NCBI GenBank assembly: GCA_031835245.2
Contig: JAVKOQ020000054.1
Location: forward strand, 62,001-126,000
DNA from: Balamuthia mandrillaris
Taxonomy: Eukaryota
Reading direction: 5' to 3'
DNA: 64,000 nt
Positions 11,123-23,296 of this stretch are shown here, one piece after another; the first letter of the stretch is position 1; each line of letters starts with the position of its first letter. The notes under the pieces were generated by a model. It was not told the DNA's origin. It saw nothing but the letters and a program-made list of their open reading frames with translations, and did no database searches. Made by a program: the position numbers and the translations under genes.

Positions 11123-12199
11123 ATGGCTGCCAGCATCACAACTTTCTTGGATGGACTGACCTCGGCGCATGGGCTTGGCGCTGGTGACTCCTTCTACCTG
11201 GCCAACTTTCTGCCACAAGGGGAGCAACCGGAGTGGTTCGCTCGGCTGCAGGACGAGATAGAGTTCCTGCCCAGGCATGTCCTCACCTTTCGCATCTACG
11301 GAAGGACCATGCAACTCCCTCGCGACAAACAGTTCTTCGGGGACCTCATCAAACTTTCCAACAACAACAGCCACAACGACAGTGACAAGAAGAAGAAGGA
11401 GAAGAAGAAGAAGAAGAAGAACAAAAAGGATGATGGGGAAAAGGAAGAGAAGGAGGAGGAGCAGTACTATCATCCTTTGTATCGCTATGGAGGAGACTAC
11501 TACCCGCCAGTGCATTCGTGGACACCAGGGCTGGCCCGGTTGAGGGACAAGGTCTTGAAGAAGACAGGGCAAAGGTGCAACCACTGTGTGGTCAACAGGT
11601 ACTTGAATGGCAACGATCACATTGGGTTGCATAGGGACAAGGTCCGAGACTTTGTGGAGGACAGCTGCGTCATGACCGTTTCTCTGGGGGCAGCTCGTTT
11701 GTTCAGGTTGAAGCAGGATCGCCCTCTGGGGAAGGAGGAGGAAGACCAAGGACTGAAGCAGGTGGACATCATACTGCAGCCGGGATCGTTATTTTGCTTA
11801 GGACCAAAGACCAACGCCACGTTCAAGCACAGCATCGTCAAGAGGTCGGTGGCCGAGGTGCCTGACACCAGGATAAGCATCACGCTGAGGAGCATCAAGA
11901 CGATGTACATGCCGGACAAGGAGGGAGAGAAGGGGCGCATCTTCGAGTCGGAGAGCGAGCTGCTGCGGAGCGTAAACAAAGGAAAGCGAGTGGAGGAAGA
12001 GAGAACGAACAAAGAGAAGAAAGTGGAGGAATGTGAAGAAGAGGAAGAGGAAGAAGAGGAGAAGCACAAAACAAAGGGCGAGAGCAAGCAAAACAAGGAC
12101 GCAAAGAGAAAGTGGAATAAAGACAAAGAGCAAGCAAAGAGCAAAGCCAGCGCTACTGTAAAGTCAGAAAAGAAGAAGAGAAGAAAAGAGGCTGTGTGA
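11123..12199 (+). CDS. AlkB-family 2OG-Fe(II) dioxygenase (ALKBH2/3-like)
   Basis: CVVNRYLNGNDHIGLHRD (HxD), VSLGAARLF, FKHSI (distal His), RISITLR. The first ATG is at 11123. Confidence 0.9.
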   Translation: MAASITTFLDGLTSAHGLGAGDSFYLANFLPQGEQPEWFARLQDEIEFLPRHVLTFRIYGRTMQLPRDKQFFGDLIKLSNNNSHNDSDKKKKEKKKKKKNKKDDGEKEEKEEEQYYHPLYRYGGDYYPPVHSWTPGLARLRDKVLKKTGQRCNHCVVNRYLNGNDHIGLHRDKVRDFVEDSCVMTVSLGAARLFRLKQDRPLGKEEEDQGLKQVDIILQPGSLFCLGPKTNATFKHSIVKRSVAEVPDTRISITLRSIKTMYMPDKEGEKGRIFESESELLRSVNKGKRVEEERTNKEKKVEECEEEEEEEEEKHKTKGESKQNKDAKRKWNKDKEQAKSKASATVKSEKKKRRKEAV

Positions 12200-12784
12200 A
12201 AGAGCTAGAGGCATCATACCAGGCAAGAATGCAAAATATGACAATCATCAAAAGAATATTATGAAATTCAAAATATCCAAAGCATCCAAAGCATGAAAAA
12301 AATGGTACTTATGGAAATTATTTGAAATATGATAATAAGAATTTTAAATATTCGAACCATCCAAAGCATCCGAAGCATGAAAAATATGGGAATAATGGAA
12401 AGCATTTGAAAAATGAGGAGAAACTCGAAACAGAAAGAAAGTAAAACCGACGTAGAAGCCACAGAAGAAGCCACAAACAACCGGCAGAATTATCACTCCT
12501 CCCCTTCCTCCCCCTTCCTCTCTTCCTCTTGCTCTTCCTCGCAAGCAGCGAATAGTTCGTTGTTTTTTTTTTTTTCTCTCTCTCCCTCTCTCTCTCTCTC
12601 TCCACTATCAGGAAACAGTACCACACTTTTTCGTCTGAGATCAGATTTTAGAGATTTTTGAAGGAGAGAAAAAGAAAGTATTTGGTTGGGTTGGGTGTGA
12701 TCGTCCTCAAATCGTTTTTTAACTTTGGGAAGAAGATCAAGCAAAAAAAAAAAAAAGAAGGCCCGAAGAAGGAAACACAAAAAA

Positions 12785-14751
12785 ATGGGGCTCAATAGTA
12801 AGATGAAGAAAATGAAGAGAAAGAAAGCCTCGTCAGCTTCGTTTCAGAGGCTCAGCCCTGAGCTTCCCCCGTTGGTAGTTGATTGCATTGCTTGGTTGCG
12901 TGCTCACGACGGTTCGTTTTTTTTTTTTTTACGCATTTGTTTTGACCTTTCGCTTTGTTGTTGGCTTTTGGTTTGCGTTATGTCTGTTAGTTCTTGCTCT
13001 TGTTCTTCTTCTTCTCCTTGTCCTTCTTGTCCTTGTTCTTCGTCTTCTTCTCCTTGTTCGTCGTGTCTTCAGCCCCAATAACAACAAAAATAATGCAAAT
13101 AAAACAAACAGCCGTAAACTCAGAGGGTCTGTTTCGAGTATCGGGCAGCATAGAGGACGTCAACCTCATCAAAGCAAAGTACGACAAAGGCAAGAAGGCG
13201 GTCGACCTCGAAAAGTTGGCTGCTGGCCGGGAGCACGTTGTGGCTGGCGTCCTCAAGAAGTTTCTTCGCGGTATGAAGACCTTCGACTAATCTTTTCTTT
13301 GCCTGCTCTCTCTCTCTCTCTCTCTCTCATGTCTCTTCTCGGTTATCTTTCGTTCTTTTTTTTTTTTGACCTTTTACTCATGTATGATACAGAACTTCCC
13401 ATTCCGCTGCTCACGTTTGAATTGTACCCATGCTTTCTTGCCGTTATGTGTTCGTGTTCTCTCTTTTCATCCCTGCTCCTCTTTTCTTTCCGATTTCCTC
13501 ATAACTGCTCCATTGAAACTCCAACAACAGCAATACAAAAGGAAGAAGATAGGTTGGACCCGATTAGAACGGTTATAAAGCTGCTGCCGCCAGGCAACCA
13601 ACGCCTCTTGGACGTGCTGATGCGTTTTCTCAGAGAAGTTGCAGACCACTGCAGCGTCAACCAAATGCACTCGTCCAACTTGGCAATCGTCTTTGCTCCC
13701 TCTATTCTTCGCGATCAGAACGCTGATCTCATTGCGCAGCTATCGCAAGGTGGAGCTGCTGCTGCCATTGTGCAACTGCTGATTGACCACTATGACTACT
13801 TATTCGTATGTCTTTTCTCGCTTCTCCTTTAGATGCATTGGTCGCTTGTATCTTAATGTTAGTGCTTTTTTTTTTCGGCAGAAACCTGAAACCAAAGAAG
13901 AGACAGAAAGGAGGAAGAATTGCTTGCTGCAGAACGAGGATCCCCGCATGAATGCCTTTTATCAGACTCTTAAAAAGGGAACAATCCGTCTGGCCTCTTC
14001 CCTCCTTTTGGAAGCTGCGCAAAAAGCAGAACTGGAATCTATAGAGGAGGAAGAGGGAGCAAACTTCGAAAAGAAAGAAGAAGAGGAAGAAGAAGACCCA
14101 GAACAAGCAAATACCTTCATGAGAGATTCTCAAGAGCTTACTTATGTAGTTGGAGTAGTAGATGATGCAAACAGCACGCCTTCCTCTCAACTGTATTCTT
14201 CCGTGTCTGACGTCTCTACCACCATCCCTTTCTTTTCTCCTTCCTCCTTTTCTCCTTCTTCTGCTTCCAAAAAACAGCCACCAGCACCTTCTTGGGAGAG
14301 CCCAAGCTTTTACATGCCACCAGCACCTTCGGTAGCAGCTGCCAATCCAAAACCTTCAACTTCAACATCAACGCATAGTGAAGGGAACATGTTGGTTGGA
14401 GCAAAGAATCCTCGTGAGACAACGAAGCAAAAGGATGAAACAACTGAGAAGAAAGCTTCCAGAGATAACCATGAGGAAAAAAGAAACGACAGGGGAAAGA
14501 GAGATGCCGAACGACTGGAGAAGAGACAACCCACTGGTGGAGCTTTGAGCGGTAAAACAAATCTTAAAGAGAGAAAACGGCCTAGTAACAAGGAAACGCC
14601 ATCTTCTTCATCAGCAACGACAGCAGCTGTATTGGTTGATACTCAAGATAGCAGAGGCAGAAAACCTCCATCGCGCCATCGCCGCAGCGCTTCCGCTGTT
14701 TCTTTATCTCTTCCCATCGTGCCTTCTCCTTCTTCTTCTTCCTCTTCTTCT

Positions 14752-14783
<32 letters not shown>

Positions 14784-14788
14784 TTCTT

Positions 14789-14819
<31 letters not shown>

Positions 14820-15711
14820 TTCTTCATCTTCTTCTTCTTCTTCTTCTTCTTCTTCTTCTTCTTCTTCTTCTTCGTCTTCTGCAGCTTCCTCTTCTTCCTC
14901 TGTTTCAGTTTCGTTACTCAAAGATCATAACGACAACTCCCAGGGACTGTTGGTAGAAAGTCGGCAACGCAATGCCACGATTTCTACTGCTCTTTCCTCC
15001 TCTGGAAGTTCAACATCCACAAAAATAACGACTCTTGCATCTCCTGCTTCCTCTGCCAATGTGCCAAAAATTCGAGCCAAAGCAGCTGATGGTAATGCCC
15101 TGTTGGGAAGAGAACTTCGAGTCAACAAACGTTTTGCTCAACTGACTCATAGTTTACTTTTGGATGAGGATGAAGAAGAAGAACCCCAACAACCAAAAGA
15201 CAAGCGTGCGGTTGTTGCTGATGAAGAGAATGGTAAAGGAGATGATGAAGACGAAGAAGATAAAGAGCTTTTGAGAATGGGCTCAAACAAACCTGCAATC
15301 GTCATTCGTGCAGCACATAACAGTAATGAAAGCATCAACAAAAGTGCAAGTGGAGCGTTCAGCTCTTTGGAAGATTCTCGACTTGATGAGGAAGACTTTG
15401 AAGAACGTGATGACGATGATGACGAAGAGACGGGAGAAAACGAGAAAGAAGAAAGAGAAAAATGGGTACAAAATATGGTGGAAGGCAACCTCGGCTTCTT
15501 CGAAGATTACGTTAAAACGAGACAAAGAAATCCACGACGAAGAATCAAAGAGCGCAAGAACAATGACGGTGATGAGGATGAGACTGGCTCTGGAAGACAA
15601 CGTCGAGAGCGACGAAATGTTATCCGCGAGAAACAATATCACATTAAGCAGGAAGGAGATGGCGACCGCCTTGGAATTCGACCCAAAATTGTGCTGCGCA
15701 ACAAAGATTAA
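12785..15711 (+). CDS. RhoGAP-domain protein with a long low-complexity Ser/acidic tail, spliced
   Basis: PPLVVDCIAWL, NSEGLFRVSG (Arg finger), VAGVLKKFLR-ELPIPLL, LPPGNQRLL, NQMHSSNLAIVFAPSILR. Long last exon from about 13882 to 15711. Confidence 0.85.
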
Positions 15712-15874
15712 CTTCTCTATTTCTTTGGATTATTTCTCTGTCTTCGCTGCTGCTCTTCTTCGTTCCTCTTCCTACTCTCCTCTCTTCTCCTCTCAACGTG
15801 AGTACCAAAAGAAGAGTCCTTTCCTGCTCTTTTCTTAATACTAACAGAGGTTGTTTAAAAAATACAATTTGCTC

Positions 15875-16478
15875 TCACTTGCCGAATAAGGCGTCACGAT
15901 GTTGCTTGAGATACGCAGCCACGGCAGCAGGCACGACGCTCTCCTCCGCCTCCTCTCCCGCTTTTATCTTTTTCCTCAGCTGTACCGCCACTCCATCCAA
16001 TCCATCCTCGATGTCTCCTCCTTCCTCCATCGTTCCACTTGCCACCAAGTGAAACAACGCACTCAACCTTCCGCTCACTTCTCCTTCCACCACCAACCTG
16101 GTTTCTTCTTCCTCCTCCTCCTCTTCCTCTCCCTCATCTTCTCCCTCTGCTTTCTCTTTTGTTGGAACACGAGTTTTGATCTGCGCCTTTTTGCCGAGAA
16201 TCGCCTCACGGAGAGAGTCAACATGAGCGGAGCGAGCCACCGCTATCACCTCCAAAGAGGTCTGTGCGAAGAGATTGTACTGAGCGGCATGTTCGGCGCT
16301 GCAAACGAAAATGGGAAAGAGATTGGCGGAAGAGGAGGAGTTTTGTTCGATGTAGGCGGCGATGTGGTTGAGGAGCATCGTGGGGGAGCTCCAGCCGCGA
16401 TGACCCGACTCCCAGTCGCTTACATCTAACCAGTCTGAGTCTTGTACAGCTATTTTACACATTTCAATCCTTTTGTTT

Positions 16479-16518
<40 letters not shown>

Positions 16519-17082
16519 CAAAGAAGGTCGAAAAGGTGTTATGAGAAAAAGCAAAAACATAAAAAAAAAAAACAAACCAATACCAAAAAAGATCTCAAAC
16601 CTATGTTTTGCTTCGATCCAGTCGCCCTGAAGTTTTCCTTTAACGCTGCGGTCGTCAGAGGGAGAGAGGTAACCCGCCACAACCTTGCTCTTCCCGTCGC
16701 TCTCGCAGTACTTCTTGGCGTCCTCTAGCAGCTGGAGGTGCGACTTGTGGATGGGAGAGAAGGCGCCAGAGCTGACTAGCACCACCATGCGTTGCTCCTC
16801 GGAGGGAGAGGAGGCCAGAAAGGCATTCACATTTTTCAACGCCTTGTCCAACGGCACCTCCAGTTTGCTCTTCGGCACTTTCCACTTTACCTGCCCTATT
16901 GTATACCGTAGATTAGAAAAACCTTCTGCAAGAGAGAAGAGGCGAGGAGAAGAAAAAGAAACAAAAAGACGAGAAGACGAGAAGAAATAAAAAGGAGAGA
17001 GGAACAGAACGAGGGAAAAAAAGAAAAGAAAGGTACTCTGAATGGCCCACGGGCCTTCCGGTTGTGGCGGAGCGTCCGTCAT
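15875..17082 (-). CDS. Nicotinamide/nicotinate mononucleotide adenylyltransferase-like cytidylyltransferase
   Basis: SGAFSPIHKSH (HxGH-like), VVAGYLSPSDD, HR..MCKIAVQDSDWLDVSDWES, VPAAVAAYLKQH. The 5' end is uncertain. Confidence 0.8.
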
Positions 17083-17259
17083 GGCTTTTGCGTTTACTTT
17101 TGTGCTCGAAGAAGGCAACACAAAAAAGTCGGGCTTTCTTCTATTTTGGGCGAAGTACTCTATAGTGTAATTAAGTGATTGCTTGCGTCACCCATTCATC
17201 CTCATTGGCTGTTGAAATAACTTCACGTGCGCTGGTAGCCTCTTCTTCCTTCTTCAGAG

Positions 17260-17478
17260 GAGAAGAAGGAGAAGGAGAAGGAGAAGGAGAAGGAGAAGGA
17301 GAAGGAGAAGGAGAAGGAGAAGGAGAAGGAGAAGGAGAAGCAGAAGCAGAAGGAGAAGGAGAAGCAGAAGCAGAAGCAGAAGCAGAAGCAGAAGCAGAAG
17401 CAGAAGCAGAAGCAGAAGCAGAAGCATAAAGCATAAAGCATAAAGCATAAAGCATAAAGCATAAAGCATAAAGCATAA
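17260..17478. repeat. Compound microsatellite (GGAGAA)n-(GCAGAA)n-(GCATAAA)n
   Basis: Seen directly. Confidence 0.95.
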
Positions 17479-17576
17479 AGAGAAGGGGTAACAAGGAAAG
17501 CAGAAAACAAGAACAAGAAGAATAACCAATTGCATTCTTTGATTAGGATAGCAACACCAACTCGCAGCACACAGAA

Positions 17577-18218
17577 TTAATGCACATATCCAAAGACGGA
17601 CTGCTGAGGGAGAGCCTTTGCCCTCTCCGTCACCAGCAGGATACGCCTCGTTGCGCTGAACTTGTCTCCAAACCTGTTGTGTGATGATAGGAATAATAAT
17701 GGTATACCTATATCAGTGGCAAGATCAAAAAGAAACGAGCGGCCAAGAGGGGGGAAAGGGCGCCTGAAAAAAAGAAAGAAAACGACAAGAAGGAAAGAAA
17801 GGCAACAGAACATACGCATGAAGAAAGAAAGGAAATGCAAAAATAAAAAGACAGGAAAAAAAAAAAGAAAGCAAGTGCATACATGTCGAGGCCTTGCTGG
17901 CGCAAGGCAGGGGCATGTTGGTCAAAGTACTCTTGCAGGGCCTCACGAGAGCTCACACGGTATTGCACCACGAAAGAGCTTCGCTCAGCCGCCTCTGTAG
18001 TCTCCTCCTGGAAGAGCTCAGCTCCCTCAAAGCCTTTGCAAGCAATCACCTGTTCCATATGTCCCTTTTGTTTTTTTTTTTTTAAATTTGATAAGAAAAC
18101 GAATGATGCAGTTGTGTTTTTCTTTACTTACAGACAGCCATTCCAAGAAGTTAGGAACGATATCCTTGTTGACAGAGAGGTTTACTTCATAGACTACTTT
18201 ACCACTCGGCCTCTCCAT
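17577..18218 (-). CDS. DUF4286-like small protein, three exons
   Basis: VVYEVNLSVNKDIVPNFLEWL..HMEQVIACKGFEGAELF..VVQYRVSSREALQEYFDQHAPALRQQGL..FGDKFSATRRIL matches my recollection of the DUF4286 pattern. Confidence 0.75.
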
Positions 18219-18440
18219 CTTGTTTTTTTTTGTGTTTTCTCCTTTTTTTTTTTTTGTCTGCCGTTTTCTGTGACGACATGGGAAAGTGAAGACGGTAAAT
18301 CATGTCGTCACGGTGTTCACTGATTGGTGCCGGTGTTCACTGATTCGTGCCACAATTGCGCTGAATTGGTGCTACACTTGACTTCCTCTGCAATGTATCA
18401 TGTCTTCTCTCGCGTCTAGAAGGGTCTCTCTCCTATCCTT

Positions 18441-18450
18441 TTATATAAAA
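18441..18450 (+). promoter_or_regulatory. Putative TATA box
   Basis: TTATATAAAA about 30 bp upstream of the ATG at 18476. Confidence 0.45.
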
Positions 18451-18475
18451 GCAAAAAAAGAAAGCAGAAGAAAGG

Positions 18476-19256
18476 ATGGCGAACAATAACAACAAAACTC
18501 TTAGCGAGAAGGTAGTTGCAGTCGCTCATGTCATTTTCTTCCTGGAGGGTGTTCTAAGCTTCACCACCGGCCTCATGCTCATGTTCTGCCCTTCATGGGT
18601 CATGGAACAACAAGGCTTTGATTGGCGCGTTTGTTCTTCTTCATCTTCTTGTTCTTCTTCCTCTTCCAAGTTTTTCTCATCTTCCTCTTTTTTTTTTTGT
18701 GAACGTGACTCTTCGTTCCTCCTTGGCCTCTGTTTTTTTTTTTGTTCCAAAACAGAACCCGCTGGCCGCGGACAACCTGGCCCAATTCGGCGCGGTGGTG
18801 GTGCTGATGGGGTACATGGGGCTGCGCGCCCCCGTCCACCCGCGCGTCATCGAGGCCCTCCTCCTCGGCGACCTCCTCTGGGTCTATGTCTTTGCGCGCA
18901 TGCTCTGCACCCACCTCTGGGACGCGACCGTCCGGTGGACCCTGGCCGCCCATTTCAGCCTTTGGATCACCGTCTTTTTGGCCGTGGCGCGCACCCTCTA
19001 CTTGCTCTGCTACCAGGAGCAGCGGCACCCGCACCCGCAGCAAGCAAGCATGACTGAGACCACAAACACCACCAAACACAACAACAACGACCAGCAAAGA
19101 GAGGACAAGGAGGGAGAAGCAGGTAGCACGGCTCAACAGTTGGAGGAAGGGAGGGAGGCCATGGCGTTCTCTTCGCTGCTGCAAGTAGGAGACTGCTCTC
19201 TGCTACCCTTTTGTATTTTTCTCGATTTGATGGGGGTTGTCCATGTATTTTTTTAA
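18476..19256 (+). CDS. Small multi-pass membrane protein of unknown function
   Basis: Intron 18629-18755 joins exon 1 (..QGFDWR) in frame to NPLAADNLAQFGAVVVLMGY. About four hydrophobic segments. The 3' end is uncertain. Confidence 0.65.
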
Positions 19257-19282
19257 ACAAAAGGCTTTGTGTGGTTATTATT

Positions 19283-19800
19283 CTACTTGCTCTTCTTGGT
19301 TTCGGCGGCCAGCTTGCCTTCCTTCTGGTTGAGCTCTCTCAGGCTGTGCAGCTCCTCGTTTTGGCGGACGAGGTCCAGGTTGTGCTTGGCCAGGTGCTGG
19401 CAGCGGAGGAGGATGGCCAACAGGGTCCACGTGTAGGCCACGATGTAGAAGTTCCGCTCCGCCCGCCACTTGCGGTTGTGGATGATCTCTTTGTTGAGGC
19501 TGGTCACTTCATCTGGTACGGTTTCTTGTTTGGCCCTCATTTCCATGGTTTCATCTGTGAAAAGCAAAGAGGTGAGAAAAAAAAACAGTGTAATCTGGGT
19601 GAGAGTGAGAAAGAAAGGAGGGTGTTATTACTTCCAAGCACAGCGCTGACGACTGCAAAAATGACCCATAGCGGCTTCTTGATGCGATCAATGCCAATGA
19701 TGACGGCCTTGGTCAGGATGACGGGCAAGGGCAGCAGAAGGATGCTCAAGAGCAGGATTTCCGACACCAACAAAAAAATCATCAACACCCAGAAAAACAT
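19283..19800 (-). CDS. BAP29/BAP31-like ER membrane protein
   Basis: LVSEILLLSILLLPLP, KWRAERNFYIVAYTWTLLAILLR, a coiled coil and a C-terminal KKSK di-lysine ER-retrieval motif. One intron. Confidence 0.8.
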
Positions 19801-20942
19801 TTTTGTTTTTGTTCTGCTCCCAAAAATCTTTTTAAAAAAAAAAAAAACAAACAATTTATAAACTCTTTTTTGTTATATAGTAGGGTTTCCTCCTTTTTGC
19901 TCGCACTGCGCAAGACACTGGTAAAAGGGGGAGGAGGACCACTCACTCGTTACGTTTTCTCGCTACTCAAATATTTACCAGTTTGCCGTGGGTTTTCTCT
20001 GCCGCGCTGCCTTCTTTCTGCGGCTTTCAACACACGTCACGCTCCCACAGTACACGTCACTACGCACACGTCACAAAGTACACGTCACGGCGGCGGTCAT
20101 TCTTTTCTTTTTCCCCTCTTTTTATTTTTTTTAGTCTTTTTGTCTTTTTTTTTTTTTCTCTCTTTCGCGTAGCACAGCTAGTTACACTCCACTTGGTAGT
20201 GCTCGTTTCACTTTCCGCACTACGTCGCCCCTGAAAAACGCGGGAGGGAACAGCACACCCCAGCACCGTTTCTGTGCGGAAGGGGAACAACCCCAACCAG
20301 CACCGCGAAAATTTAAAATCTCCTCAGCACCGACCAAAAAAACCGAGCTAGAGAGAATCTAAAATCTTCATTTGATGAGGCTAGTTTGCCACGAAAGAAA
20401 CCAAACCCCTAAAAACGCGGGAGGGAACTGTTTTTTGATCGGCCCTGAGCAGATTTTAAATTTTTACTGGATGTGGGTAGTTGGGCCAATCTCTCTGGGC
20501 CCAGCTTCACTTCTTTATTTTAATCTTCACCCTACTCCCCCAAACACACACATTTTACACTCGCTCCACACATTCACTATTTTACAACGGCACGTTAACT
20601 AAAAAGGGCTCTGCGAACTTAAACTTCATGGTTCGCAGAGGGTATAGTTGTGCCAGAATGATATTACCCACTTTCTCTGGGGTTTTCGCATGGAGTGGAT
20701 GGAGCGGGAGAGACGGAAGAGACGGATAGGAAGGAACTTTTTCTTCCTATTTTGTTTCCTCTTCTCGCCCGCTTTCTTTTTCCCTCTGTGCTTTTTTACA
20801 CGAGAAAGACAATCCATCCATTTACTTTCTCCTTTCTCATTCATCTCCTTCTCTTTGCTGCTCTATGCTTCCAGTTTGATGAAGACAGAAAAAAAAAATA
20901 AAACTATTTTTACAAAGCAATCACTTTGTTATTCAAATAATC

Positions 20943-23296
20943 TCAGTACGCGTTATGGTTGACCCTCCTGTGCATCGGTCGGTCACCACCTCCCCCGTAC
21001 CCGCCACGACCTCCTCCATACCCGCCACGACCTCCTCCATACCCGCCACGACCTCCCCCGTACCCGCCACGACTGGTCTTTCCAGAACCAAAGCCTTAAA
21101 AAAATGAAAGAGAGGGTGAGATCGCTCACATGCAACACAGGAGAGAAAAAATGAGAGAGAGAAGAGAAGGGAGGAAAGGGAGAAGCTAGAAACGTACGAG
21201 AAGAGCCAACTAGAGAGTCATAGTGACTGGATTGTCGGGTCATGTCCTTGAGAGCTTGGGGGACCTCCTGGTTGCTGGCTTCCAGGATCTTGACGAGGCC
21301 GGCAGCCTGCTTGCTGTGCGTCTGTGAAAAGAAGCTGTAGGCCACACCCTTCGCTCCCGCTCTACCCGTTCTGCCAATGCGGTGCACGTACGCCTCGTTG
21401 TTGTTCGGGAAGTCGTAGTTGATCACAAAAGCGACGTCCTTGATGTCTGCCAGGGTTTCATTTGCAAACAAAAGGAGCCAAGTGATTGTTAACAAGTGAG
21501 AGGAGAGTGAGTAGAAAATAAAGAAACAAAGAAGCAAGAAAGCATACCCAATCCTCGGGAGGCAACATCAGTAGCTACTAAGACAGGGAGTTTTCCGTTC
21601 TTGAAAGCGAACAAGGCCTGATCCCTTTCCAGCTGTGATTTGTCTCCATGAATGGCAGCAGCCTGAATGCCGCTGTTGCGAAGCATGAATGATAGGCTCT
21701 CACAGCCGGTCTTCGTGCCGGCAAAGATGAGAATGCGCGGAGTGGCGCCGTTTTGGCTGAGGTGCTCCAGGATGTGCTTCAACTTTTGTGGCTTCTGGCT
21801 AGACTCCACCACGTCCACAATTTGGGTGACGTTGGGATTAGCGGTAAGGTCCAATGAGCCGATATTGATCTGAACAGGGTTGTTGAGGAACTCTCGGGCA
21901 AGAGAGTCCACAGCGCGAGGCCATGTTGCGCTGTACATCATCAATTGTTTTCCAGTAGGAGTCATTTGAAGGATCTCCCGTATCTGTGGCTCAAAGCCCA
22001 TGTCTGAATGAGAATAATATTTGTTTAAAGTTAGAACAAGAAAGAAGAAAGAAGGAAGAAGAAAAAGAAAGTAGCAAAAATGCACGGCGCACCTAACATG
22101 GTATCCGCTTCGTCCAGCACGAGGAAACTTACACGATCAAGTTTAGCAGCACCAGTGGAGCAAAGGTCAATCAAGCGGCCGGGCGTGGCCACCAAGAACT
22201 CAACGCCCCTATGCAGCGCAGAAATATGTCTTCCCTTGCCCACACCACCATAGACCGCAAGGCTTGACAGCCTTCTGTGCTTGTCCTTGTAGCCAAACTT
22301 CTCGCTCTCCATGTAGATCTGCTGAGCCAGCTCTCTGGTGGGCGCCAGGACGAGGCCGATGGGGCCATCACCCATGCGCAGCGGTTCCTGTCCCCTGATA
22401 TGCACGCAGGCAGGCAGCAGGAAAGAGAGAGTTTTGCCGGAGCCAGTCTCTGCTCGCGCGATGATATCGCGTCCGCTGAGTGCCAGAGGAATGCTTTGGC
22501 ACTGTACTGGCGTTGGTGCAGACATTCCTTTTTTTTTTGAATCGCGTTTAAAAACCGGGAGAAAGAGAGAAAAGGAAGAACGAAGAGAAGAGAGAAAAGA
22601 GAAAAACAGACGGCAATAAAGAGATTGAATACCGTGTTTTTTAAGAAGGTCCGTCAAGTATGAAGGCAGCCCCGTTTGTGCGAACGTGCGAGCGGGCCGC
22701 GGGATCTCGTCCGGCTTCGCGCCAATGATCTTGATGCCCAGTTCCTGTCTTAGCTGCTGCACCTCCTCCTCGGTCATGCTTTTCACTTCCTCGTGTTCCT
22801 CGTAAAAGTTCTTTTGCACGTTCAAAATCTTGGTGGTTCCGCTCGCTCCTTTCGAGACAGACTGCTGAGTCAACCGTTTCAACCAGTCATCAAAGGGTCG
22901 AGGCTCGGTGTCCGCGGCATTGGCCGTGGTTGTGCGTGGTTTTGAGGCGGAGAACGAGGAAGAAGGCTGCAAGTTGGAAGTGGGAGTGTCTCTCACTTTC
23001 TTCAAAAAGTCCAAGCTGTTCAGAACAGCGGCAGACGAAGAAGCTGAAGAAACCAAGCGGGCCTGACTGCCACTCCGCAAAGTTCGAAGCGACAGATTCG
23101 TAGTTCTTCCGGTTCCTTTGTTTTTTTGTTTTTTTAAAAAAACGAGTCAGCAACAAAAAGAGAAAGAGAATAAAAGAATAACAGAAAAAAAAAACAAATA
23201 GGAATACAAACCAAGTAGCGATCTACCGGCGTGAGAAGAAAGAGAAGATCGGACGGGAAGTAGCAGTTCGGAGTAGTGAGCGGAAGCGTGCTTCAT
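20943..23296 (-). CDS. DEAD-box RNA helicase, DBP2/p68-like, with an RGG tail
   Basis: Q motif [56 protein letters not shown]. The last exon encodes (RGGYGGG)x4 then stops at 20943. The Ser/Arg/Leu-rich N-terminus may be a mitochondrial presequence. Confidence 0.92.

Noticed and set aside
14719..14908. (TCT)n tract as a possible intron in the RhoGAP tail
   Set aside because: The candidate GT-AG pairs give 166 or 190 nt, both frameshifting, while the tract reads in frame as poly-Ser.
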